A stretch of DNA of 64,000 nucleotides from Candidatus Nanopelagicales bacterium (lineage in GTDB: Bacteria; Actinomycetota; Actinomycetes; S36-B12; GCA-2699445). This document shows, in pieces, positions 46,858 to 55,773 of this stretch. Made by a program: the position numbers and the translations under genes. Every line of letters starts with the position of its first letter. The stretch's first letter is position 1. Where the stretch lies: NCBI GenBank assembly GCA_030700225.1, contig JAUYJT010000061.1:39121-103120 (forward strand). Direction: 5' to 3'. The notes under the pieces were generated by a model. That model saw nothing but the letters and a program-made list of their open reading frames with translations, was not told the origin of the DNA and ran no database searches.

Positions 46858-47745
46858 ATGTTATTCCCCAAGGGCCAGGCACTGGGCCCCTGGTACAGGT
46901 TCGCTGTTTGCGTCCTGTGGCCGCCCATGATGGGCCTGACCCGCCGGGACTGGCGCGGGGCGGAGCATCTGGGTAAGCCAGGCGAAGGATGCGTGGTGGC
47001 TGCCAATCACCTGTCTTGGTTCGACCCCATCGTTGTGGCGCACTTCCTCAATGACAACAATCGCGCCCCGCGTTTCCTCGCCAAGGACAGGATCTTCGAG
47101 ATGCCCGTGGTTGGTTCGATCGTGGGTAACTCGGGCCAGATCCCCGTCTATCGCGCCACTGACAACGCCTCGGACGCTGTTCGGGCGGCGGTCGATGCGG
47201 TCGAACAGGGCGAGGCGGTCCTCGTGTACCCCGATGGCACCCTCACCCGAGATCCCGATCTTTGGCCCATGACGGGGAAGACAGGTGCGGCCCGGATCTC
47301 ATTGCTGAGTGGGTGTCCTGTGATTCCAGTCGCGCATTGGGGGGCTCAGGATGTGATGCGCCCGTACAAGAAGGAACTCCGGGTGCTACCTCCCAAGACC
47401 ATGCGCGTTGCGGCTGGGCCTCCGGTGGATCTCGATGACCTGCGTGGTCTTCCTATGACCACGGAGGTCGTGGAGGAAGCGACGACGAGGATCGTTGACG
47501 CGATCACGGATCTGCTGGCCGACCTACGGAACGAACGCCCGCCGACCGAGCGCTGGAGCAGGCGACTCGGAAAGCGTGTGCCCGTTCACAGGGGCCTGGG
47601 CAAGGCGAAGAGTCCGCCGCCCAAGACGGTCGCGAACCAGGGAAGCAAGAAGGCCCCACGCAGGAACGACGCATCCCCTCCGAGACCTAGAACGAGTACC
47701 GGCCCGAGTCGCAAACCACACTCGGCCGCCGCAGACGCTAGTTGA
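46858..47745 (+). CDS. 1-acyl-sn-glycerol-3-phosphate acyltransferase family protein
   Basis: 295 aa. HxxxxD motif VAANHLSWFDP, FLAKDRIF, YPDGTLTRD. Basic Pro-rich tail. Confidence 0.8.
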   Translation: MLFPKGQALGPWYRFAVCVLWPPMMGLTRRDWRGAEHLGKPGEGCVVAANHLSWFDPIVVAHFLNDNNRAPRFLAKDRIFEMPVVGSIVGNSGQIPVYRATDNASDAVRAAVDAVEQGEAVLVYPDGTLTRDPDLWPMTGKTGAARISLLSGCPVIPVAHWGAQDVMRPYKKELRVLPPKTMRVAAGPPVDLDDLRGLPMTTEVVEEATTRIVDAITDLLADLRNERPPTERWSRRLGKRVPVHRGLGKAKSPPPKTVANQGSKKAPRRNDASPPRPRTSTGPSRKPHSAAADAS

Positions 47746-47768
47746 CGCCAGTTGTCGCAAGTTAGGGA

Positions 47769-48785
47769 GTGAGCATGACACGTATCGCGGTAATGGGAGC
47801 CGGCTCGATGGGCACGTGCTTCGGCATGATCATGTCAGACGCCGGGGGAGAAGTTGGCCTTTGGGCGCGCGAGACGGAGGTCGCGGAGGACATCAACCGC
47901 AACCACCGGAACGAGATGTTCCATCCAGGATTCGACCTGCCTCGCCCCCTGTGGTGCAGTAACGACGCTGAGGAGGTCATGAGCAGGGCTGAGATCGTCG
48001 TCCTGGCTTTGCCAGCTCAAGTCCTCCGTTCGAATTTGGAGCTATGGCGCGATGTGATCCCGGCCGACGCCTTGCTCGTCACGCTGATCAAGGGCATAGA
48101 GCAGGGCACCAAGATGCGCATGACCCAGGTGATCGCGGAGGTCGCCGATGTACCGGCGGAACGTGTCGCCGTTGTGTCAGGGCCGAACCTGGCCCGGGAG
48201 ATCATCCAGCGGCAACCGGCGGCGACGACCGTTGCCTGTGTGGACAAGGGTGCTGCCCAGAAACTGCAGGAAGCGGCCAGTACGGGGTACTTCCGCCCAT
48301 ACTTCACGACCGACGTCGTTGGTGTGGAACTGGGCGGATCGGTGAAGAACGTGATCGCCCTGGCGAACGGAATGGCCGTCGGGCAGGGCTTCGGTGAGAA
48401 CTCCCAGGCCGCGCTGGTTACTCGAGGGCTGGCCGAGATGGTTCGACTGGGTGTGGCCATGTCAGCGAATCAGCTCACCTTCATCGGCTTGGCGGGCGTC
48501 GGTGACCTGCTGGCCACGTGCAATTCGCCTCTCTCGCGCAACCGAACGTTTGGGGAGAATCTCGGAAAGGGCCTGACGGTAGAAGAGACCGTCGCCGTCA
48601 CGAAGCAGACGTGTGAAGGGGTCAAGAGCTGCCAACCGATTCTCGAGATGGGCCAGGACGCCGGCGTGGAGATGCCGATCACTCAGCAGGTCGTTGAGGT
48701 GGTTCATCACGGTATGAAGCCGCGCGACATGCTCTACAACCTGATGTCGCGGCCCGTTCGCGCGGAACAGGGCCAGTCCTCGTAG
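47769..48785 (+). CDS. gpsA: NAD(P)H-dependent glycerol-3-phosphate dehydrogenase
   Basis: 338 aa. IAVMGAGSMGT, SGPNLAREI, GGSVKNVIALANG, SRNRTFG. Confidence 0.93.
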   Translation: MSMTRIAVMGAGSMGTCFGMIMSDAGGEVGLWARETEVAEDINRNHRNEMFHPGFDLPRPLWCSNDAEEVMSRAEIVVLALPAQVLRSNLELWRDVIPADALLVTLIKGIEQGTKMRMTQVIAEVADVPAERVAVVSGPNLAREIIQRQPAATTVACVDKGAAQKLQEAASTGYFRPYFTTDVVGVELGGSVKNVIALANGMAVGQGFGENSQAALVTRGLAEMVRLGVAMSANQLTFIGLAGVGDLLATCNSPLSRNRTFGENLGKGLTVEETVAVTKQTCEGVKSCQPILEMGQDAGVEMPITQQVVEVVHHGMKPRDMLYNLMSRPVRAEQGQSS

Positions 48786-48810
48786 TGGCTCCAAGCGCGA
48801 GGGAGACACG

Positions 48811-49497
48811 ATGGAATCTCGCGGGTGCATTGTCCTGATCCGCCATGGGCAGACGGAGTGGAGCCTGAGCGGTCAGCACACAGGGCGCACCGACATGCCG
48901 TTGACTCCAGCGGGCGCGGCGGATGCGGCCGCGCTTCGTCCCGTCCTAAGGCGTTGTGACTTTGGCCTGGTCTTGATCAGTCCACTGCGGCGGGCGCGCG
49001 ACACGGCGCGGATGGCCGGCCTGTCCGGCCAGACAGACGCTGACCTGCTCGAGTGGGATTACGGCGCGTGGGAGGGCAGGACGAGCGCAGACATTCGCGG
49101 TGACCTGAAGGATCCCTCGTGGACGATTTGGAACCGACCGATCCCGCCAGGCGCGACGCCCGGGGAGCAGTGCGAAGACGTCGCGACTAGGGCCCGACGG
49201 GTGCTGGGTCGTTGCACTCCGGTTCTGGAGTCGGGCGAAGATTGCGCCCTGGTGGCTCACGGTCACTTTCTGCGGATACTGACAGCCACCTGGCTGGGCA
49301 TGCCCGCGATCGGCGGACGGCTGTTCACTCTGGACGCTGGATCACTGTCGCGTCTGGGTTTCGAGAATCAACAAGAAGTGATCCTCTCGCTCAACGCCAG
49401 GCCAGACAGGCCGTCCGGGTCGTCTCCCCCTCCTCCCCCACTTCATGGGGGAGCGGGCGGTACCCCCAGGTCGGGCGCGCCTCATCCCCACATGTAG
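48811..49497 (+). CDS. histidine phosphatase (phosphoglycerate-mutase-like) family protein
   Basis: LIRHGQTEWSLSGQHTGRTD (RHG motif), LVAHGHFLR. The last ~35 codons (Pro/Gly-rich) look like read-through into intergenic DNA. Confidence 0.75.
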   Translation: MESRGCIVLIRHGQTEWSLSGQHTGRTDMPLTPAGAADAAALRPVLRRCDFGLVLISPLRRARDTARMAGLSGQTDADLLEWDYGAWEGRTSADIRGDLKDPSWTIWNRPIPPGATPGEQCEDVATRARRVLGRCTPVLESGEDCALVAHGHFLRILTATWLGMPAIGGRLFTLDAGSLSRLGFENQQEVILSLNARPDRPSGSSPPPPPLHGGAGGTPRSGAPHPHM

Positions 49498-50625
49498 TTG
49501 AGTCTGTATGGTCCGAGTGTGCGGACACCACGAGCGCGCGTCGCGGTCTTGTTCGGGGGGCGCAGCAGTGAGCACGCGATCTCCTGCGTGAGTGCTGGCG
49601 GAATCCTGAAGGCGATCGACCGCACTATCTACGACGTCGTTCCGATCGGTATCACCCCGAGCGGCCAGTGGGTCCGCGAATCCGACAACGCCGATCGGTT
49701 GGCCATCATCGATGGCGTGCTGCCGAGCGTAGCCCCAGACGGGCATCGGGCCATCTTGTCCCTTGACCACAGCACTCGCGGAATCTGGTTCGAGACGCCC
49801 GGGGGAGAGCGCCAGTTCGAGGCCGTGGACGTCGTGTTCCCCGTGCTGCATGGCGCGAATGGCGAGGACGGGACGATTCAGGGTGTCTTCGAGATAGCCG
49901 GGCTTCCATACGTTGGCTCTGGGGTCTTCGCCTCGGCGGCATGCATGGACAAGGGGCATGCCAAGCCGCTGCTCGCCAGCCAGGGGATCCCGGTAGGAAG
50001 CTGGTACGCGTTTCATGCCAGAAGCTGGGCCGTCGCACCGGAGCAGATGCTCGATCGCATCTCGCAGCTGGGCATGCCGTTGTTCGTCAAGCCATCGCGC
50101 GCCGGGTCGAGCGTCGGGGTGTCGAAGGCTCACGACCAGCAGGAGCTGGTGTCCGCGATCGAGCTTGCCCTGCGGCACGATCCGCGTGTGATCGTTGAGG
50201 CAGCGGTCGAGGGCGCACGGGAGATCGAGTGCGGTGTGCTGGTCGGGCCAGATGGTGTGGCCAGAGCCAGTGTCTGCGCTGAGATCCGCGTCAGGGAAGG
50301 CCACGAGTTCTATGACTTCGGCGCCAAGTACCTGGACGACTCAGCGGAGTTGATCGTCCCCGCGCGGTTGCCGGGTCAGGTCGAGAAGACGGTGCAGGAC
50401 CTGGCACTTCAGGCGTTCGCGGTAATGGGATGCGAAGGACTGGCCCGGGTCGACTTCTTCGTGGGGGCAGACGGGCGGGTGGTGTTGAACGAACTCAACA
50501 CGATGCCCGGCTTCACGCCGATCTCGATGTATCCCAGGATGTGGGCTGCCAGCGGCGTCGAATACGCGGATCTGATCGACACCCTGATCCAGGAGGCACT
50601 GTCCCGTTCGCCGGGTCTTCGGTGA
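49498..50625 (+). CDS. ddl: D-alanine--D-alanine ligase
   Basis: RVAVLFGGRSSEHAISCVS, VFPVLHGANGEDGTIQG, KPSRAGSSVGV, LNELNTMPGFT. The start is TTG 49498 or, more likely, GTG 49519. Confidence 0.92.
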   Translation: MSLYGPSVRTPRARVAVLFGGRSSEHAISCVSAGGILKAIDRTIYDVVPIGITPSGQWVRESDNADRLAIIDGVLPSVAPDGHRAILSLDHSTRGIWFETPGGERQFEAVDVVFPVLHGANGEDGTIQGVFEIAGLPYVGSGVFASAACMDKGHAKPLLASQGIPVGSWYAFHARSWAVAPEQMLDRISQLGMPLFVKPSRAGSSVGVSKAHDQQELVSAIELALRHDPRVIVEAAVEGAREIECGVLVGPDGVARASVCAEIRVREGHEFYDFGAKYLDDSAELIVPARLPGQVEKTVQDLALQAFAVMGCEGLARVDFFVGADGRVVLNELNTMPGFTPISMYPRMWAASGVEYADLIDTLIQEALSRSPGLR

Positions 50626-50706
50626 CTGCTGGCCGCGTGGCGGCCCGCGCTGCGCTCTCCACTACCGTGGAACCGGCGTGAACCGGCCTAAGCGAGAGGT
50701 GCAGCA

Positions 50707-51663
50707 GTGGGCGAAACCGTGGCGGAGGTAGGCGAGTTCGGGCTCATCGATCGGATCCGGGAGAGGCTGTCCGGGTCCCCGGGAGTTTCCGTCGGTGTGG
50801 GCGACGACGCCGCGGTCCTGGCCATGCCGGGGGAGACGGTGCTGTGCACAGACGCGCTCGTTGAGGGCAAGCACTTCAAGCTCGATTGGTGCTCGGCCGC
50901 TGACGTCGGTCACCGTGCCGCCGCCGCGAGCATGTCTGACATCGCCGCTATGGGAGCCAGGCCACGGGCGCTGGTCGTGTCACTCTGCCTTCCCGCTGAC
51001 GCGTCGGTTGACTGGGTCATGGAGCTCGTCGACGGCATGTCCGATGAGGCCGCGGAAACCGGGGCATCGCTAGTGGGTGGCGACCTGGCTCGCTGCGACA
51101 CGGTCGTTGTCTCAGTGGCGGCAGTCGGGGGCGTGGCTCCTGGACGGGCGGTTACTCGCTCTGGTGCGCGGCCCGGCGACGTCGCAGCTATCGCGGGCAG
51201 GCAGGGTTGGGCTGCGGCCGGGCTCACGGTCCTGTCCCGAGGATTCCGATCGCCTCGGGCACTCGTGCAGGCCTATCAGCGCCCAAATCCTCCTTACTCC
51301 AGCGGGCCAGGGGCCATGGAAGCCGGGGCGACGTCAATGATCGACGTCAGCGACGGACTCCTGGCAGACCTGCGACACATCGCGGTGGAGTCGAAGGTGC
51401 TGGTAGATCTGGAGTCGGGTCTGATTCCGCTGGCTGATCAGCTCAGCGAAACCTCGTCAGCTTTCAACGTTGATCCCCTCACCTGGGTGCTCGGCGGTGG
51501 CGACGATCATTCGCTAGTAGCAACGTTCCCCTCAGGCGCCCGATTGCCGGAGATGTTCACGCGAATCGGACGGGTCGTCGACCTGGCTGGCGGGCCGGCA
51601 GGGGTGTCGGTTGACGGACGGCTCTGGAGCGGGCAAGGCGGAGGTTACGACCACTTCCGCTGA
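50707..51663 (+). CDS. thiL: thiamine-monophosphate kinase
   Basis: 318 aa. GEFGLIDRI, GDDAAVL, ALVEGKHF, LVGGDL, DVSDGLLADL. Confidence 0.9.
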   Translation: MGETVAEVGEFGLIDRIRERLSGSPGVSVGVGDDAAVLAMPGETVLCTDALVEGKHFKLDWCSAADVGHRAAAASMSDIAAMGARPRALVVSLCLPADASVDWVMELVDGMSDEAAETGASLVGGDLARCDTVVVSVAAVGGVAPGRAVTRSGARPGDVAAIAGRQGWAAAGLTVLSRGFRSPRALVQAYQRPNPPYSSGPGAMEAGATSMIDVSDGLLADLRHIAVESKVLVDLESGLIPLADQLSETSSAFNVDPLTWVLGGGDDHSLVATFPSGARLPEMFTRIGRVVDLAGGPAGVSVDGRLWSGQGGGYDHFR

Positions 51664-51687
51664 CGCCTCTGGACGCCCGCAGCCCGT

Positions 51688-51709
51688 AGGGGCCGCAGGG
51701 TGCGCCCCT
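51688..51709. terminator. possible bidirectional hairpin between convergent thiL and rpmB
   Basis: AGGGGC (51688-51693) pairs with GCCCCT (51704-51709) around a 10-nt loop. No U-tract. Confidence 0.25.
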
Positions 51710-51898
51710 CTAGCTGGGCGTGACCTTCCCGGCCTTCAGACAAGAAGTGCACACGCGGACCCGCGTGACCGCGCCTTTCACCTTCGTACGTACCGTCTGG
51801 ATGTTCGGGTTCCACCGTCGCTTGGTCCGGCGGTGGGAGTGGGAGATGGCGTGACCGAATCCAGGGCCTTTGCCACACACGTCACACTTGGCTGCCAC
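51710..51898 (-). CDS. rpmB: 50S ribosomal protein L28
   Basis: (V)[36 protein letters not shown].. Start trimmed to GTG (complement of 51896-51898). Confidence 0.92.
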   Translation of the reverse strand: MAAKCDVCGKGPGFGHAISHSHRRTKRRWNPNIQTVRTKVKGAVTRVRVCTSCLKAGKVTPS

Positions 51899-52048
51899 TT
51901 GGCACACTCCATCCATGCTCAGCCAGGCATCCTGGCTAGGGGAACGATCCAGGGTATCCGAGCGCAACGGCGGGGCGAAATCGCCATGGTCAGATCGCTC
52001 ACAGTAGCGTGATGTCTGTCCGCGGGTCTGCCAGAGGAAGGCTGTGCG

Positions 52049-53665
52049 ATGTCAGAGGTCGTCGGTGCCGGACTGCTGCGTTCCTGGGTGAGTGCGGCCG
52101 TTACCGCGTTGGGGGAGTCTCGTGCGGAGATTGACGCCCTGAACGTGTTCCCGGTTCCGGACGGGGACACCGGGACCAACATGTACTTGACCATGGAAGC
52201 CGCCGAGTTGGCCATGGCCGAGGTTGATGAGCACCTACCGCCCGTGGGCGAAGCACGCACCATGACTGGGCTGGCGGCAGCACTGACCAGGGGCGCGTTG
52301 CTCGGTGCCCGTGGAAACTCTGGAGTGATTCTGTCGCAGATTCTGCGCGGGATGGTTCGCATGGATCCTGTGACAGGCGGGCATCTGCGAGACGCGGCGG
52401 ACGCGATTAGGACTGGGCTCGATGAGGCTTCCACACTCGCCTACTCGTCGGTGGCCAGGCCCGTGGAGGGCACGATGCTGACGGTTGTGCGGGCCGCGGC
52501 GGAATCGGCCGCGTCCTGCGAATCGTCCGAAGTGGCTGACGTCGTGATCGCGGCCGCGGATGGAGCCTCGCGAGCGTTGGCGGCGACACCGGAGATGCTG
52601 CCGGTCCTGGAGCAGGCCGGCGTCGTCGATGCTGGCGGCAAGGGTGTCTGCGTGATCCTGGACGCCCTCGCGGAGGTTGTGACTGGAGTCCGCAAACCCC
52701 GTTCGCTCGAGCACGCGAAACTGCCGACCGTGATCATGCCAGCGGACGGATACGAAGGACCTAGATACGAGGTCATGTACCTGCTGGAAGCCGACGATGA
52801 CCGCGTGCCTGACCTGAAGCGGGATCTGGATTCGCTGGGCGAATCGCTGGTCGTGGTCGGGGGTGATCGGCTATGGAACATCCACGTGCACGTCGACGAC
52901 GCTGGCGCGGCCATCGAGGCCGGGATGGCGTGCGGTCGTCCCTACCGGCTGAGGGTCACCTGGCTGACCGACACGGGGGCAGCCGTACGGCAGCGTGGAT
53001 TGGAGGGACGCGGGGTCGTCGCGGTGGCTCACGGCCCAGGAGTGGTGGCTCTCCTGGAGAAGTTGGGCGTTGAGCCAGTGCCGTCACAGCCGAGGATCGC
53101 TCCCTCGACGGGTGAGATCCTCGCCGCCGTGGCCAAATGCGGAGCCGGCGAGGTCGTGATCTTGCCCAGCGACAAGGACACAAGACCAGCAGCGGAGGCA
53201 GCGGCGGTGACCGCTCGCCAGCAGGGCACGCGGGTGGCTGTCGTTCCTACCCGGTCGATCGTGCAGTCGTTGTCCGCGATAGCGGTTCACGACCCGGGGC
53301 TGGCCTTTGATGATGACGTCGTGTCGATGTCACGGGCCTCCGGCGCGACCCGGTACGGCGCCGTGACCGTCTCATCTCGTGACGCCATGACTTCAGCCGG
53401 CCTGTGCAATACCGGCGACATCCTGGGCGTCGTGGACGGGGACATCATCGAGGTCGGCTCCGATGTGTTTGATGTGGCCGTGAACACCATTGAGCGCCTG
53501 ATGTCGGCTGGCGGCGAGCTGGTGACAATCGTTACCGGAGCCGATGCCGAGGAGTCCGCCGTCGATGAGCTGAAGCGCTCCATCTGTGAGTCTCACCCTG
53601 GGGTAGAGGTCGAAGTATTCGAAGGCCTACAGCCGTACTGGCCGCTCATCTTCGGCGTTGAGTAG
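52049..53665 (+). CDS. DAK2 domain-containing protein (YloV family)
   Basis: 538 aa. [26 protein letters not shown]. Conserved position upstream of recG. Confidence 0.88.
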   Translation: MSEVVGAGLLRSWVSAAVTALGESRAEIDALNVFPVPDGDTGTNMYLTMEAAELAMAEVDEHLPPVGEARTMTGLAAALTRGALLGARGNSGVILSQILRGMVRMDPVTGGHLRDAADAIRTGLDEASTLAYSSVARPVEGTMLTVVRAAAESAASCESSEVADVVIAAADGASRALAATPEMLPVLEQAGVVDAGGKGVCVILDALAEVVTGVRKPRSLEHAKLPTVIMPADGYEGPRYEVMYLLEADDDRVPDLKRDLDSLGESLVVVGGDRLWNIHVHVDDAGAAIEAGMACGRPYRLRVTWLTDTGAAVRQRGLEGRGVVAVAHGPGVVALLEKLGVEPVPSQPRIAPSTGEILAAVAKCGAGEVVILPSDKDTRPAAEAAAVTARQQGTRVAVVPTRSIVQSLSAIAVHDPGLAFDDDVVSMSRASGATRYGAVTVSSRDAMTSAGLCNTGDILGVVDGDIIEVGSDVFDVAVNTIERLMSAGGELVTIVTGADAEESAVDELKRSICESHPGVEVEVFEGLQPYWPLIFGVE

Positions 53666-53702
53666 GACCCGCGATCCAGCGACACGGGCTGTCCACAGCG
53701 GC

Positions 53703-53713
53703 GAGCGGTACCG
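53703..53713. repeat. 11-bp direct repeat, left copy (GAGCGGTACCG)
   Basis: Identical 11-mer at 58766-58776. Together they bracket the mod-res unit. Confidence 0.6.
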
Positions 53714-53777
53714 GCCTAGTGTCGGCCCCAGCGGCTAGGCTCAGGCGCAACCGGCCAGATAGCGCAGGGGGGGTGCC

Positions 53778-55763
53778 ATGACCATTGAGCCGATCGAAGC
53801 TGACGATCCCGAGAGCCACTCGGCCGACATTGTCAGCGCCAACATTGACACACTCCGGACCATCCTCCCCGACGCCTTCACTGAGGACGGCGTCGACTTT
53901 GACGTGCTGCGGCAGCTTCTTGGGGACGACATCGCCGACAGTGATGAGAAGTACGGACTGACATGGCACGGCAAGCGCAACGCCCGCAAAGCGGCACTCA
54001 CTCCCAGCACGGGGACACTGCGACCGGCACCCGAGGACAGCCTCGACTGGGACACCACAGGCAACCTCATGATCGAAGGCGACAACCTTGAGGTTCTGAA
54101 GCTTCTGCAGAAGTCCTACTCCGGCCGCGTCAAGCTCATCTACATCGACCCGCCGTACAACACCGGCAACGACTTCGTCTACAAGGACGACTTCCGCAAC
54201 CCCATCGGCCACTACCTCGACGTCACACAGGGCCGCCTCACCAGCAACCCCGAGACCTCCGGCCGGTTCCACACCGACTGGCTCAACATGATGTACCCGC
54301 GGCTCATGCTCGCCAGGAATCTGTTGCGGGACGACGGAGTGCTCTTCGTCAGCATTAACGGCGGGGAGTTGGCCAATCTCAAGCTCTCTCTGGACGCCGT
54401 TATTGGTGCGGAGAATGCCGTGGCCACGGTCACTTGGCTGAAGCGAGTATCGCCCGCAAACGATGCCAAGTGGTTCAGCTCGGACCATGACTACATCGTG
54501 GCTTACTCAAGAAGCAAGTCGTCCCTGTCTCCTGAGTGGAAGACGTCCGCGTCGGATGTATAGGAAGTCCTGCTTGAAGTGGAACGGGACCTGCTCGATC
54601 GGTTTGACGACCTGGATGAGTTGGGGGCCGAGTACAGGACGTGGTTCTCCGAACACAAGAGAGAGCTGCGACCGATGGATCGATACAAGTACATCGACTC
54701 TGACGGCATATACATCGGCAGTCAGAGCGTGCACAACCCAGGCAAGGAGGGGTACCGCTACGACGTCATCCACCCAATCACTGGGCGTCCATGCAAGCAG
54801 CCACTGATGGGCTACCGCTTTCCCGAGACGACGATGTGCGAACTGCTGGACGCCGACAAGATCCTGTTCGGCGATGACGAATCCAAGATTATCGAGCTGA
54901 AGGTCTATGCCCGGGACTACACGGACAAACTGCCCAGCGTCCTGACCTTGGACGGCCGCCTGGGAGCCTACGACCTTCGTGACCTGTTCCCCGAGGTATC
55001 GAAAGCCTTCACGAACCCGAAACCAGTTCGACTGCTGAAATCAATCTTCTCCTTCGTGCTCCATGATGACGACATCGTCCTGGATTTCTTTGCTGGCTCG
55101 GGAAGTACTGCACATGCTGTGATGAACATGAATGTCTCCGGGGAACACAATCTTCGATTCTTCCTGGTCCAACTAGACGAATCGCTGGACGAGACAGCAA
55201 CCAATTCCCAGGCGGCAGCGGTCCTTTCGAAACTTGGGAAGCCGCTCAACATAGCCGAGATTACGAAGGAGAGATTGCGCCGTGCGGCTCGGAAGGTCAC
55301 GGCCGGTGCAACCAGCGGGCCGCCGGAGTTGTTCGGATTCCGGGTCTTCAAGCTCGACTCCTCGAACATTCGGGCTTGGGACCCGGACCCGGCCGACCTT
55401 GAGGAGGCCCTGAGGCTGAGCGTCGAGCACGTAGTAGAGGGCCGCACGGAGCAGGATCTGCTGTACGAGGTGCTGCTGAAGCGGGGGCTGGACCTGTGCG
55501 TTCCGATTGAGACGCGCGAGATCGGTGGCAAGAATGTCCACTCGATCGGCGGTGGAGTGCTCATGGTTTGCCTCGCTGAGGAGTTGACTGGGTCCGATGT
55601 CGAGGCCGTGGCGAAGGCGATCGTGACCTGGCGCCGCGAGCTAGAGACGTCAAGCGACATGGCCATCGTGTTCCGGGACAGTGCCTTCGTCGACGACGTG
55701 GCCAAGACGAACATGGCCGAGATCCTCAAGCAGAACGACCTGACCAACGTGCGCAGCGTCTAG
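53778..55763 (+). pseudogene. mod: Type III R-M DNA methyltransferase (Mod, beta-class N6-adenine) interrupted by an in-frame TAG at 54561-54563
   Basis: ORFs 53778-54563 and 54579-55763 are in the same frame, separated only by TAG (GAT GTA TAG GAA GTC). The upstream half has motif IV (LIYIDPPYNTGNDF). The downstream half has motif I (LDFFAGSGSTAHA). The stop falls in the intervening target-recognition region. Confidence 0.85.
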
Positions 55764-55773
55764 GGCACTGGTA

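Noticed and set aside
49433-49453. A perfect 8-bp inverted repeat, CTCCCCCA-CTTCA-TGGGGGAG, near the end of the histidine-phosphatase ORF just before ddl.
   Set aside because: There is no U-tract and only a single copy in the window. It lies in a Pro/Gly-rich tail that is probably read-through. It could be a minor terminator or stabiliser hairpin, but there is nothing to support a specific function.
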